This document shows positions 1 through 13,596 of a stretch of DNA of 64,000 bases, one piece after another. Position 1 is the first letter of the stretch, and each line of letters starts with the position of its first letter. The notes under the pieces were generated by a model, which was not told where the DNA came from, did not search any database, and saw nothing but the letters and a program-made list of their open reading frames with translations. This stretch comes from Octopus sinensis (taxonomy: Eukaryota): contig NC_042997.1 in assembly GCF_006345805.1 (NCBI RefSeq), positions 110,918,001 to 110,982,000 on the forward strand. Direction: 5' to 3'. The translations under genes were made by a program, and so were the position numbers.

Positions 1-237
1 ACGATTTAAAAAAAAATTTACCATCATTTTTTTCCATTTGAATGCATTTTTTCGCTATTATATAAGGGAAGTAACTCTCTAAAAATGTCTACGATGAGTC
101 AACGATTTTAAAAAAAATTTACCATCATTTTTTTCCATTTTAATGCATTTTTAACTATTTTTTGGCTATAACTCTCTAAAAATGCTTATATAGTTATTTC
201 CCTTACAAACCCGAGCAACGCCGGGCGATACTGCTAG
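1..237 (+). mobile_element. Helitron 3' end (non-autonomous, truncated by window edge)
   Basis: Subterminal hairpin CCCGagcaacgcCGGG, then CTAG|T at 234-238. The same end recurs at 10435-10461. Confidence 0.75.
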
Positions 238-363
238 TATATATATATATATATATAGATGGTGTCCTGTACCCATATATGCATGTATATATACATGTAG
301 AGGTAGGTACGTACATATATGTATGTATATATGCATATGTTTTATTTTATTTATTAATTAATT

Positions 364-406
<43 letters not shown>

Positions 407-569
407 AACGAGGCGTGTGTGTATATATATATATTATATATATATATTATATATATATATAGGCAACGTTCGGTTGACATGCGAAACATCGCCATATATA
501 TATATACGAAGCGTTCATGTGTATATATATGGCAATCCTTCGTTTTAACATATATATATATATATATAT

Positions 570-806
570 TATATACCAATTAAGGACTGAACACGAAAAG
601 GTGGACAGTCAAATGCTAGATATAGACGTCAAATCGCCATTCTCCACAAGGATTATGTTCTCAAATAAAAATAAAATTCAGCACGAGGTCGTGCTGAATT
701 TTATTTTTATTTGAGAACATAATCCTTGTGGAGAATGGCGATTTGACGTCTATATCTAGCATGTTGACTGTCCACCTTTTCGTGTTCAGTCCTTAATTGG
801 TATATA
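570..806. repeat. Near-perfect foldback palindrome, ~115-bp arms
   Basis: ccaattaaggactgaacacgaaaagg...cagcacga-GG-tcgtgctg...ccttttcgtgttcagtccttaattgg. 2-nt loop at 687-688 and one 1-nt bulge. TA-repeat flanks. Confidence 0.95.
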
Positions 807-2617
807 TAAATATTTTAATCTTCGGATTCTTTTTAATGTGCTAGACCACTGGTTTTAATTGACTAATATCAATTTCTACCCTTAATTTTTATATATATAT
901 ATATATAAACTTCGCGTGTGTGTGTGTGTATATATATAAACAAAGTAAGCGTTGGAAGTGTGTATGTTCCTTCATTCCAAAACCGAGTTTTGCCGATTTT
1001 GACGAGGCTTTTCGCTATACCGACTAAACTAATATTTTCATTTACGTAAATTCGTGACAATCCAAAACACTGACCAACATTATGATGCGAGATTATTGTG
1101 GGTCCACGCGAACAGAGGATCATCTTCACTAACACTGCCTGATATTTCGGTGAGAATCGGGGCGCTAACCATAACAAAATCTTCATTGTCGGGGACTTGA
1201 GTTGAAGTAATTTCACAAATTAAGGATTTCATGGCCTTTATTTTTCCGTCCTCAATCTCCATAACGTTAAGAAGAAACTAAACGCTGGACATCTGCTTCT
1301 AATCGAACAGGTAAACCGTATATTAATTAGTCTATCGATATTGGATAACCCTATTAAGGGCATATATGACATTAATTGAGCTTGTTTTAATATCTCGTTA
1401 CAGCAAGTAAAGCAATAAGCACACCATTTGACCGGTCGTAACTTTTTTAGTTTTTGGTATTTTCAGAATTTTTGTTCGAATTTGTGTTTTACAAAATCTA
1501 AAATTGTTTTATCAACGCCATCCCGCCTCTGAAATTCTCAAAATCGGAGGGTAATTTGGGACAAAGAAAAGCGATCACTTGGAAGACATGAATAGAAGAT
1601 TATTTGAATAAACAAAATAATTATTTGGGACAAATTAAAAAAAAAAAAAGAATCGATTAGAAACAAACCAAAAAGGGGTATTTTAGGGTAAATTTTAAAA
1701 GAGAATAATACGGCGATCTGGGACAAACTAAAAAAAGCAATCATTTGTGGGAAATAGTTTTTATACTGAAGCTAAAAATAGTTACAACTGGTGAAATATC
1801 TGTTTTGCAAAATAAATAAAAAACATTAAAAGATGACGAAAATATAATCAGAGAGGGAAGAAAATAACAAAAAACAGCCCCAAATGTGACTTGGAAAAAA
1901 AAAACGTCACAGTACATGAAAGTATTTTTAATTAATTATTTTTAAGTAGCTTGTTAATTAAATTGTACATGGTGACACTAATTAATATAACGGTTTTAGA
2001 TGTCTGAAAAAATTAAAATAGGTTTATTCAATGTCTTAAATTAAATAATTGCTTTATTTTTTAATAACTCAAATGCGCTTTTGTGTGTGTGTGTGTGCGT
2101 GCGCGCAGTGATTGCTCTAAAGGCATTTCGTGCCTTGACAGAAGAAAATGAAGAGCGAAAAACCGTTTGAGACGACGCAAAGTCGTGTGAGAAAAGGATG
2201 GCATTTAGTTGTTGCCTTGGCTTCGGGTGGGTTGGATGCAGCATCGTGTGTGTATGTGTGAGATGCCACACAATTTAAATATCAGCAATTCTAAGAGTCG
2301 AAGACACATGCAAGAAGTTTCCCTCGAAACCAACCAATATCTGATGATAGCTTACTAATTAAAGACAAGTTGTAATATTCTGTTTCACTGTAAGTATACT
2401 CAACCATTTTTTTTTTTTGCTATATTCTAACGAAGTTTAATTTTACTTTAACGAGTACAAAGACAGACTATCATTTATCTTTCGCGTAATCTAATTTTCT
2501 TATAAGTTTCCGCATTCTTATTTTCTGCTTAAAAGCAAAAAGATATTCTCCATGTTCACGTTCGAATCGGCCAGAATGCAGCGACAAGGAATAAGGTAGG
2601 ATCTTATTGTTTAGATT

Positions 2618-2800
2618 CTGTGGTTCTCAACCAATTTTTCTTTTCTTTTTGCCAATGGACCCGTTTGATTTCTGTTTTATTCTGGCGGATCCTCATAGGC
2701 ATTTCATGGTTCAAAAATCCCATTATATTTTTTTTATTAAATATTATTCGGAATTATATTATTTAACAAAATCTTACATGAACCTTCATTGAGAGCCACT
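2618..2800. mobile_element. hAT-like MITE
   Basis: Ends ctgtggttctcaa / ttgagagccact resemble the CAGTGGTTCTCAA hAT TIR. A reverse-complement relative lies at ~29539-29750. Confidence 0.5.
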
Positions 2801-5800
2801 AAATCCTAGCTGTTTCTATGTACATACGAATTATTTCTTTAATAAATTCTTCAAAGATTTACAAGTCTCAATTCGTTTTTGTTGTTTTTTCTTTTTACCA
2901 AAGAATACACCCATCTTCAAACTATGGTCGATTGAATTATGGAATACATATCACAACCTCATGAAGAAGGGATTGGATATGGATTTGTTTATTTGTGTGA
3001 AAGAATTTTATTTATCAAAAAATTTAATTGAAACTGTTTACATTCTCTGTCCATTTAAGCGTAAACATCAATGCAAACACATGTGGTATAGTAACAATCA
3101 TTATTTTTATTATATCTGTTCATCAATCATTTGGAAATATATCGAAGGATTGCCAATCAAATTAGCTGAATCCAATAATGGAAAAGTAATGTTTCGAACC
3201 AGTCCAAAAATAATTCTACGTTCATTCGTTTTGGCAACAGTTTTTCGGGACGATGTTCAAAGAGTTTTCATTGTACCTATCCCACCCGAGCCTTTGCTTA
3301 TTTTGTTCATACCGTGGAAACATATCAATATTAATGTTCTTTTCGGCTGTTACTAATATATATATATATATTTTTTTTTTTTTTGTCCCCCGTCAAGAGT
3401 TTTCTTAAAAGATGTGCATTATATTATTGGACAGGGCGCAACACGCGATTCAGCCGATTGCATTTTATTGGATTGAATTACAGCAACAAAGGTGGGTATT
3501 TTTTTCTCTGCGTTTAGTGAAACCTAATTTTAATTACGCACTTGTTCAGCCGCCACCGCAACAACGAACGGAGTTTCGTATGAAATTACGTCGTTTTAAA
3601 TTAAGGCGTGTTTGGCAAAACTGAATCACAGAAACAGAACAAACAACCAAAGTTTCAGACAACACATGCAGACAATTATGAAGAAGAGCAGGACTTCAAG
3701 TTGATTCAGATTTCAAACAATGCCTTACAGAATTAATAAAAATTCTCTCTTTTTTTTGTTTAATTAGCATCATACTTATAGTTTTTGTTTGTTTGTTTGT
3801 TACCTGATTGTACGGAAAAACAACAAAAAGTTGGAATACAACTAAAAATTTATTCTAAACTTGATAAAAAAATTATTTTTGAATTTATATACTTCTTCGT
3901 AATAAATTTATAATAAATTAAACATTTATTTTAAAAGACATAATATTTGTCTTCGTACTCCCAAAAGCTCTAATTCCGCAATGAGATCACATTATCACAT
4001 CGGGTCAGTAAAACCACTTATTTTTATATTTTCAAAATCTTTCATATAATCGAAATCTTCTCGTAACATCAATAGACAGACAAAGAATTCAGTTTGATCA
4101 TTTAATAAACCTAGAATATCAATGTAACTTGTTTACTATGAACTGAAGCGCTTAGCGACAAGAAGTAAAATGAAACCGTTGAAATTAAGTTTGAAAAATA
4201 TTTAAGTTTCCTTTTGGGGAAAATTTTCACTCTTAGCTTTTATCTGTATCTTGAAGTAAATCATGGGACGTACAATGAAATTACATAACAGTAATCTAAT
4301 TAATATCATTTGCTTGGAGGTTATGTAATTGTTTACGGAAAGTTTTTCAGGCAAAACAAAGAAGTATCCATGTACCCTTGACCTGCTAGTTTTAACCAAA
4401 ACTATGTATAGAATGAGAGAAATAACTTGTTTATGTATATATGTATGTGTGTGTCTGTAAATATATAAATGGACGAGATTGTTAATAGTTGAAGGTCTCT
4501 GATATTAAGGCAGCTCGATGAAGACTGACTAATTAAATTAAACCAGGTCAAAACTTCGTAAGTTTCAGAATATGAAAAAAAAGCGGACACGTCAAAAGCC
4601 AGGCATATTTTAAGTAAAATGAACTGAATTCATATTCGACGTTACAATTAAATTAAAAACAACAAAGGAAAGTATTTGGTATGCTAGTTTTATATATAAA
4701 ATATGAGTATATATACACACACACACACACATATATATATATTTACAAAGTGTCGTCATAAAATGACGGAAAGACTTCCTCCTCCCATTTTCTGGCAAAT
4801 TGTTTTTTTATTATATTTTTACCAAAAACCCACTTTTTCGGATACGGAGATTTCGGGAAATTGCCAAAAGTCGGAAGTTTGAAATCCCCATCCCCAATTT
4901 CTTTTTTCACTTTTTTTCGTAACCCTAAAACCCCAATCCTAGCCAAACATTTTTAGAAATTTCTTTCAGAATCATTATCTTCGTATTTTTCCACATATTT
5001 TGAGAGAAAAAAAAATTCTTAAAGTTAAAAATGAAGAATTTAGCGGGGTTAGGGTAATTTCAAAATGCCTATTTTTGCCAGTTTTTTTGCAGATTAGTAT
5101 TCTCCATAGCCGAAAACGGGGGTTTTGTGTAGGAAATTTTTTTTTTTTTTAAAGGGGTGTTTTTGGGGAGGTACAAAAGGAAGTGCTGCCATGTCGACAA
5201 TTCTATTCCTATAGAAAATTGAATTTTCACCATTGTGACAGGGATTTTACAATTTTTTTCCCTCACCACACATTTCAAAACTATGGTGGGAAGCTTTTCA
5301 TGAAAAAATTTTTGAAAAATATTTTTTTTTATCTGCTGCCCGCCACCCCTTCCTGGGGGTCCTTAGGACAGACTTTTTCAAACTTCTTCCTTGCACTGGA
5401 AAAAAAAAAATCCATCATCGTAAAAGCACCACCACCCCTACCAGCAGGCATACATACATACTGAGGGAAATAACTTGAATGTTTTCCTTTGTAAGTCATG
5501 TGTTTATACCTACACAACCACACTAGCAAGAATATACACCATAACATTATTACTGTTGATGCCAGTGCCACCTGACTGGCCCATGTTGGTGGCATATAAA
5601 AAGCACCCACTACACTCTTATGGTGGTTGGTGTTAGAAAGGGCATCCAGCAGTAGAAACCTTGCCAGATCAGATTGGAGCCTGGTGCATCCTCCTGGCTT
5701 GCCAGTCCTTAAACAAACCGTCCAACCCATGCCAGCATGAAAAGTGGATGTTAATCGATGATGACGAAGGTGATGGCCTGCCACAATTGTTAGCAGCATT

Positions 5801-7639
5801 TCGTCCCTCTTTTACATTCTGGGTTCAAAGTGTTGCTAAGGTCAATAAAATAGTCCCACTTGAGCATTGGGGTTGATTTGATCTATTTGGTTCCTGCCCT
5901 ACAATTGCTGGTTCTTGTGCCGAAATTGGAAACCAACATTATACTTATTGATATTATTCATTTGTGAAATCTGAAGGAAATTAAAAAATCTGATAGAAAG
6001 AAAAACAAAGTTTACATTAGGCGCTTGGTTCCGCGTTCAGTCCCACTGTGTAGCACCTTGGACAAGTGTCTTCTACTATAGCCTTGTGAGAGGATTTGGT
6101 AGATGGAAACTAAAAGAAGCTGATTGCACATATATATGTGTGTGTTTGTCCCCACCCTGTAACTTAGTGATTCGGCAAAAGAGACCAATAGAATAAGTTC
6201 TGGGATCAATCTGTTTGACTAAAAGGTGATGCTCCAGCATGGCCACAGTAAAAATGACAAACAAGTAAAAGACAAAGTAAAATTGTGCTTTATTACACCA
6301 AACTTACACGTACCATTTTGTGTTGGAAAAATTCAGAAATACCGGGGGGGAATAATCTTTTGCTATTGTTTAAAAAATGGGGGGGGGGGGGTTTAAAAAA
6401 ATTTAAACTTTTCGAAAGTTGTTTTTTTTTCTTCATAAAAAGCTGTCCACCCCAGCATTCTGAAGTGTTTGTGATTGAAAAAAAAAGTCCCTATGAAAAT
6501 GTAGACCATCCAACTTATAAGGGCAACCTATTGCAAACGTCTGCCAAAGGAGCATCAAAAACAATGGGAGAAACCTCTGGTAAATGTCAGCAATCGGGTA
6601 AAAAATATTTGGACACACAGAATTACAGTTGGAATGTCAAGATGGAAAATTATCATCTACACACATATACGTGTGTGTGTGTGTATATATATATATAAAA
6701 TTATAAATTAGGGTATCTACAAGATACCACCATGCTGAAAATAGCAGCCATAAATTGTTCATATATCAACACAGAGAGACAAGATGAAACTAGTAAAAAA
6801 TTACTGGATAATTCTAGATCCGGATTTCTGACTCTGCTTTTATGAATGCTTTGCCTCGTCAGTAGAATACACACAGAAGAGAAACATAAATATATATATA
6901 TATAGGACATGCTAGCATAGAAAGCAGGCATTAAACGATGATGATGATATATATATATATATTACACACAGGGTGGGGAACCAAATCTTGGAAAATAATA
7001 GATAATTCACCAAATTATTTATTTTACAACAACCAGCAACCTGACAGATATAATTTTAACACAAGTTTATAGGGGTATAAAGAGACAATTTAGTCAGTGT
7101 GTCCGCCATCATTGTCCACCACATAAGTTACAGAAAAATAGGTATTTTAAATAAAATTTTCACAAATACTTTTCAAATGGTGTACATTACGATACTGCCA
7201 GTGACCCTGCATGGCAACAGTCTTTCGGCTGAAACACCGATCGTGGCCGTTTGCCAGCCTCGCCTGGCACGTAAAAAGCACCCACTACACTCACGGAGTG
7301 GTTGGCATTAGGAAGGGCATCCAGCAGTAGAAACACTGCCAGATCAGACTGGCGCCTGGTGCAACCTCCTAGCTTCCCAGACCCCAGTCGAACCATCCAA
7401 CCCATGCTAGCATGGAAAATGGACATTAAACAATGAAGTTGGTACTTTTAAATGCCTTTACTCTAGCTCACAAACAGCATTAAACTAATACATCTGTTTG
7501 TTGTTTACACACCCCTCTTTGTCTTTTCTTTTGTTTATTCTTTTGTAAATTTCAACTGTATATATATCCATACATCCATATATGTGTGTGTGTGTTCCAA
7601 TTCCCCACATTGCTGTCATTAGCACAAAATCAGAAAAAA

Positions 7640-8700
7640 GCTCCCTGCAACAGTCAAAACCTGCCACTACACTAACCTTTACATTTCTACTCAATGCACA
7701 AGGTGTCAATCCCTCCATCAATGCACAAAAATGGAAGATCCAATTCATTGAAGATTGGGTTGGTAACCATCCACACCACATCCCTTTCTTCATTCTCACC
7801 GAGACCCACCTTGGCAACTCCCAATTGGAAGCCAAAATGAAAGTGAGGAATTTCACAACCATCCATACAGATCGAGTCAACAGAATGAAGAGTGGATCTG
7901 CCACTTTCTTGCACGATTCCTTTTCAGCAGATAGAAATATGACATTCTCCAATGGCTACTGTGAATTGGTCATTATGCACGATCTTGATAGTAGTTGGGC
8001 TGTACAGGCCACCTCAAATACCCACACTGTGCTATAATGAATGCCTCAACGGCAATAAGTTCTCTATTCAACAGTGCCATCCTAATAACATAATTATGAT
8101 GGGAGATTTTAATCTACCATCTGTTGATTGGTCTACAAACAGTTTGAAACCAGGCACTCCCACCTCAGCTGCTGACAAAGAAGCGGTAGAGTCACTTCTT
8201 GACTTTATGAATGATTTTTTTCTTGTCCTTGCACCGAGATATCAGAACATTTTAGACTTTGCATTTAGTAAACTACACTAACACAATACACAAATATTTC
8301 AGTGGAAAAAACCCTTCTTTCAGACTATAACATAGTTCTCTGTAACCTGAGATTCCACCAACCCCCAAGGGACCTCTCTCCATCCCACCCAATTGATATC
8401 ATGGATCTCTAATGATGCGGACTAGGATGCAATCATAAATGATCTTTCACACATACACACACCTCCTCCAGCATCAAAATAATTTGGCAGATCTTTGTAG
8501 ACACTGTCACAAACATATGTGCTAAACACACCCCAACAAGACCTGTGAAGAAAACTAAGTGTAGAATTCCCCAAAACAGAAAAATAAAAAGAACAAAGAA
8601 AAAAAAAATTAACAAACTAAAATACTGCCAACAGCCACACAAACTTGATGGCTATCACCCTGCACAAATCAATAAAATATAACTTCCAACAATGCACAAA
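7640..8700 (+). mobile_element. Degenerate CR1-group LINE, AP-endonuclease region
   Basis: Motifs FLLNAQG, LTETHL, GLYRPP, MGDFNLP, NILDF across frameshifted ORFs 7582-8037 and 7952-8281. Confidence 0.85.
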
Positions 8701-9963
8701 GACCATCAGCCATCCGATTGCGCTCTTATTTGATATGTAGATAACGACGGTATCAGGGCGTGTATAAGTCTTGTTTTAATATTATAATTTTACTTGTTCC
8801 CCCCCCCCACACACACACAAACACTAACATGGTTTTTGTAAGGATTAAGGCTTTCGTATCATTCTTTCTCTCTCCTGTCCAAACTTCGTTACCACTAATT
8901 TTTATAACCTCAGCATCTTCACTTATTATTCTTTTCAAACTTGTTTGAATTTTCAATCTAATGTAATCCACATTCTAGAAATCGTATTTCTGCAAAATGT
9001 TATCTTAAAATATAAAGAAAAGGGGCTAATGCAGTTTCGCACTGCACCTTCAAAAACACATTTTTTTATACTCCCACACACACACTCCTCACCAGCGAAC
9101 AAAAATTAGGGGTTTACAGCACATTAGGTATCCATAATGCATGTTGTTTGAAAGGTATTTATATATAATGTCATTAAAAGATATTTATTTTCCTCAAAGT
9201 TTTGGTGAAAACCTCGGATCTTGCCAATTTTCCGAAGCCCTCTCCCCACCCGTAATGCTTTCCGCACGTTTATGTTTTCATATTCGTTTCCTACACATTT
9301 TTTTACACGCGTTGCACTATTTCTCCCCACGCCTCGTTTCCGGGTAATATTAACAGACAAGTATGCTATTAAAATAAGTTCTCTTTTACATACCTTATTT
9401 AAATCACTGTGGATAAATGCTAGCAATGATCTGAAGGGGGGCATTCACGGCCGGTTGGTTCTGGGTAGTAAAGAAGATGATAAATAAAGCAATTAAAATT
9501 TGAAGAGAAAAAATCTTTTTGTAGAATCGCAATATTCAGTGTTTAAATGGCAAACAACCGTAGAATTTTCCAAGAGAAAAACAAAAAACAATGAAAAGTT
9601 ACCTGTTGCGAGCTCATTTCAAAACACCATAAAAAAATTGACGGAGTGAGAACAATTGGAAGGGATAAGAAATGAAATAGAATTTACTTTAAGGAGTGAT
9701 AGAGGGGAAAGAAAACGTTTTGGTAACTTAAAAAGGCATTTAAATACAAAACATCTTTAATTGAGCACGAAATAATAAATTAAAGAGAGAAAAAAAAAAA
9801 GAAACGGTAAAGAGATCAAATTATCAAAAAATGAGGCATATTGTCATAGACGTACGTGATCCAAATTACATACGATAGATGGACAGGCAGACAGATAGAT
9901 AGGTAGAGTGATAGACAGAGTCATAGATAGATGGATAAAGTATATTTTTTATAAACAAACCCA

Positions 9964-10832
9964 GGTTAATATCTAGATCCGCACCCGGTGGAAAAAATGG
10001 AAACGCAAATGTGTAACAGTTGTAAGGCATCGTATATTGACGGAATAAGACGTAAAAAAAGGGCGCTGATGAACGGGGGTGGGGTGGGGGGGGGTCGGAA
10101 AATTCCCAGGATCAACCGTAGAGGATCCACGCCCAGGTGGCAAAAATGGAAAAAAATATGTGTAAGAGGTGTAAGCATCGTATATTGAAGGAATATGACG
10201 AAAAAAAGCGCGCTGACAAACGGGGGGGGGGGAGGCGCTCGGAAAATTGCCTACGATTTAAAGAAAAATTTACCATCAATTTTCACCATTTAAACGCATT
10301 GTTGGCATAAGGGAAGTAACTCTCTAAAAATCTCTATATATAAACGGCAGTTTTTCTGTGTGTCTGTCAGGTTGTACCCTCACCCTGACCACTATTTTTG
10401 CTAAAAATGCTTTATAGTTATTTCCCTTACAAACCCGAGCAACGCCGGGCGATACTGCTAGTCTATATATATATATATTTTTTTTATTTTACAAACAAAA
10501 AGTGAAAACTGAAGTAATGGAATTTGAATTTTTGAAGTTGCGATTGATAATTATTCTGTGACAATCAATAATATTGGGAAAATATAATCTGTACTTACCA
10601 CATGCGTGGTAGATTTGCTGATTATTTTCAACAAATCTACCACGCTTCTATTTCAAATTCTTTAACGTTGTCCTGGGAATTTTCCGACCCCCCCCCCCGT
10701 CCGACCCCCCTCCCCCACCCCTGTTCGTCAGCGCCCTTTTTTTCCGTCTTATTACGTCAATATACGATGCCTTACAACTGCTACACATTTGCGTTTCCAT
10801 TTTTTCCACCGGTGCGGATCTAGATATTAACC
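9964..10832. mobile_element. Non-autonomous TIR DNA transposon (Mutator/Merlin-like), ~150-bp TIRs, 8-bp TSD
   Basis: GGTTAATATCTAGATCCGCACC... at the left end and ...GGTGCGGATCTAGATATTAACC at the right. CAAACCCA at 9956-9963 and 10833-10840. Confidence 0.9.
10331..10461 (+). mobile_element. 131-bp mini-Helitron nested in the TIR element
   Basis: A|TC start (tctctatatataaacggc), CCCG...CGGG hairpin, CTAG|T end, no TSD. Confidence 0.7.
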
Positions 10833-11857
10833 CAAACCCAAATGGCTTTGGTAAGTTACAGAGAAGCTACTATGGAAGACTCAGTCTAATAATAACTATA
10901 ATAATATATCATAATAGGTAAGCGTTGGTGATAAGAAGGGCAATCTAGCCATACAAAATTTGCATGGGAAAGTAGATGTTACGTGTGTGTATATATATCT
11001 GTATGATAATATATCATAATCATAATACTATGAGTTTTCCGTAGCAGCTTTCTCTCTGTAATTTTAAAAACCTTTCGGGTTTGTTTATAAAAAATATATG
11101 TTGTATTAGACAGTTTAAGTACATATATTAACCAGATTTGGCAGAGGTAAAGAATACGCACACCACCCGTTTTCGGCGGTTAGAGTTTGATTGAAATTGA
11201 TGGATGAGCATTTGGCCAATCGGATTTGCAAGAAGCCGTGTAAGCGTCGATTTATGGGTTCGATTCAGCCTGAGGTTAGCTCATCATTTGTTTATATTTA
11301 AAAATTGTCGCTTCAGATCGGAGAATAAATAGTATTATGATATACTGTTATACATATATATATATATTTACACATATGCGTGTGTGTATATATATATTCA
11401 CACTACTAGCAAACTTCTGTCGTCAGAAATGCCGACAGTTCAATTAAGAATAGAAAATGGTACATCAAAACAATGAAAGAAAGCAATCGAATAAATATAT
11501 ATTTATACACACAGAACTGAAGCACTTGAAGAATCAGAGACGGTCGCAACGTCTCGGTTGGAAATATGTTATGTGTTTATAATGTTCTGAAAACAAAAGA
11601 GTTTAATATTTAATTCCATATCTCTATTTATATGTGTGTGAGAGAGAAAATCTGATAAACTAAATACAATTTACGATAAAAAAAATTGCAGTTTTATTTT
11701 GATAAAAATACTACTTACAGCAGAACTAAACTCTTCACTTACAGGTCGCTGGCTTTCAGCAGGTCTCTCACTATCACTCACATCCACTCCGTTGTTTTTT
11801 TCTACTAGTGTAACTAACGAAATACTAATTGCGTTTTATTTATTAAGAATAAGACAG

Positions 11858-13500
11858 GGCGCCGAGCTGGCAGAAATGTTGGCACGCCGGGCGAAATGCT
11901 TAGCGGTGTTTCGTCTGCCGTTACGTTCTGAGTTCAAATTCCGCCGAGGACGATTTTGCCTTTCATCCTATCGGGGTCGATTAAATAAGTGCACTGGTGT
12001 CGATATAATCGACTTAATCCGTTTGTCTGTCCTCTCTGTGTTTAGCCATTTGTGAGTAGTAAAGAAATAGGTGTTTCGTCTGCCGCTACGTTCTGAGTTC
12101 AAATTCCGCCGAGATCGACTTTGCCGTTCATCCTTTCAGGGTCGATATAATTGACTTAATCCGTTGTCTGTCCTTGTTTGACCTCTCTGTTTAGCCCCTT
12201 GTGGGTAGTAAAGAAACAGGTGTTTCGTCTGCCGCTACGTTCTGAGTTCAAATTCTGCTGAGGTCGACTTTACCTTTCATCCTTTCAGGGTCGATAAAAT
12301 CGACTTAATCCGTTTGTCTGTCCTTGTTTGTCCTCTCTGTTTAGCCCTTTGTGGGTAGTAAAGAAACAGGTGTTTCGTCTGCCGTTACGTTCTGAGTTCA
12401 AATTCTGCTGAGGTCGACTTACCTTTCATCCTTTCGGGTTCGATTAAATAAGTGCCAGTACGCACTGGTGTCGATATAATCGACTTAATCCGTTGTCTGT
12501 CCTTGTTTGTCCTCTCTGTTTAGCCCCTTCTGGGTTGTAAAGAAACAGGTGTTTCGTCTGCCGCTACGTTCTGAGTTCAAATTCTGCTGAGGTCGACTTT
12601 ACCTTTCATCCTTTCGGGTTCGATTAAATAAGTGCCAGTTACGCACTGGTGTCGATATAATCGACTTAATCCGTTTGTCTGTCCTTGTTTGTCCTCTCTG
12701 TTTAGCCCCTTGTGGGTAGTAAAGAAACAGGTGTTTCGTCTGCCGCTACGTTCTGAGTTCAAATTCTGCTGAGGTCGACTTTACCTTTCATCCTTTCGGG
12801 TTCGATTAAATAAGTGCCATTACGCACTGGTGTCGATATAATCGACTTAATCCGTTTGTCTGTCCTTGTTTGTCCTCTCTGTTTAGCTCCTTGTGGGTAG
12901 TAAAGAAACAGGTGTTTCGTCTGCCGCTACGTTCTGAGTTCAAATTCTGCTGAGGTCGACTTTACCTTTCATCCTTTCGGGTTCGATTAAATAAGTGCCA
13001 ATTACGCACTGGTGTCGATATAATCGACTTAATCCGTTTGTCTGTCCTTGTTTGTCCTCTCTGTTTAGCCCCTTGTGGGTAGTAAAGAAACAGGTGTTTC
13101 GTCTGCCGCTACGTTCTGAGTTCAAATTCTGCTGAGGTCGACTTTACTTTCATCCTCTCAGGGTCGATAAAATCGACTTAATCCGTTTGTCTGTCCTTGT
13201 TTGTCCTCTCTGTTTAGCCCATTGTGGGTAGTAAAGAAACAGGTGTTTCGTCTGCCGCTACGTTCTGAGTTCAAATTCTGCTGAGGTCGACTTTACCTTT
13301 CATCCTTTCGGGTTCGATTAAATAAGTACCAGTTACGCACTGGTGTCGATATAATCGACTTAATCCGTTTGTCTGTCCTTGTTTGTCCCCTCTGTGTGTA
13401 GCCTCTTGTAAAGAAATAGGTATTTTGTCTGTCTTTACGTTCTGAGTCAAATTCCGCAGAGGCTGACTTAATCTTTCATCCTATAAATTAAGTACCAGTT
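11858..13500 (+). repeat. Tandem array of a tRNA-headed SINE body, ~10 units
   Basis: ggtgtttcgtctgccg recurs at 11905, 12070, 12219, 12369, 12548, 12730, 12911, 13093 and 13242, with a diverged start at 13419. Dispersed single copies at ~15950-16147(-), ~21190-21400(-), ~44385-44900 and ~53590-53820(-). Confidence 0.95.
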
Positions 13501-13596
13501 GCGTACTGGAGTCCACTGCCCCCCCCCCGGTCACTAAAAATTTCGGGCCTTGTGCCTAGAGTAGCAAAGAATCATTAGCACGCTGGACAAAATACT

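Noticed and set aside
1080-1262. 60-aa acidic minus-strand ORF (MEIEDGKIK...)
   Set aside because: No recognisable family or splice context, so I cannot support it as a gene.
2147-2260. Short + strand ORF with VVALASGGLDAASC, resembling a PP-loop SGGxDS motif
   Set aside because: Only 37 codons, lacks the conserved Ser, ends in a TG repeat and has no supporting exons; likely chance.
11858-13500. CRISPR-like regular array
   Set aside because: Units repeat over their whole length with no unique spacers, match a dispersed SINE, and there are no cas genes in this eukaryotic context.
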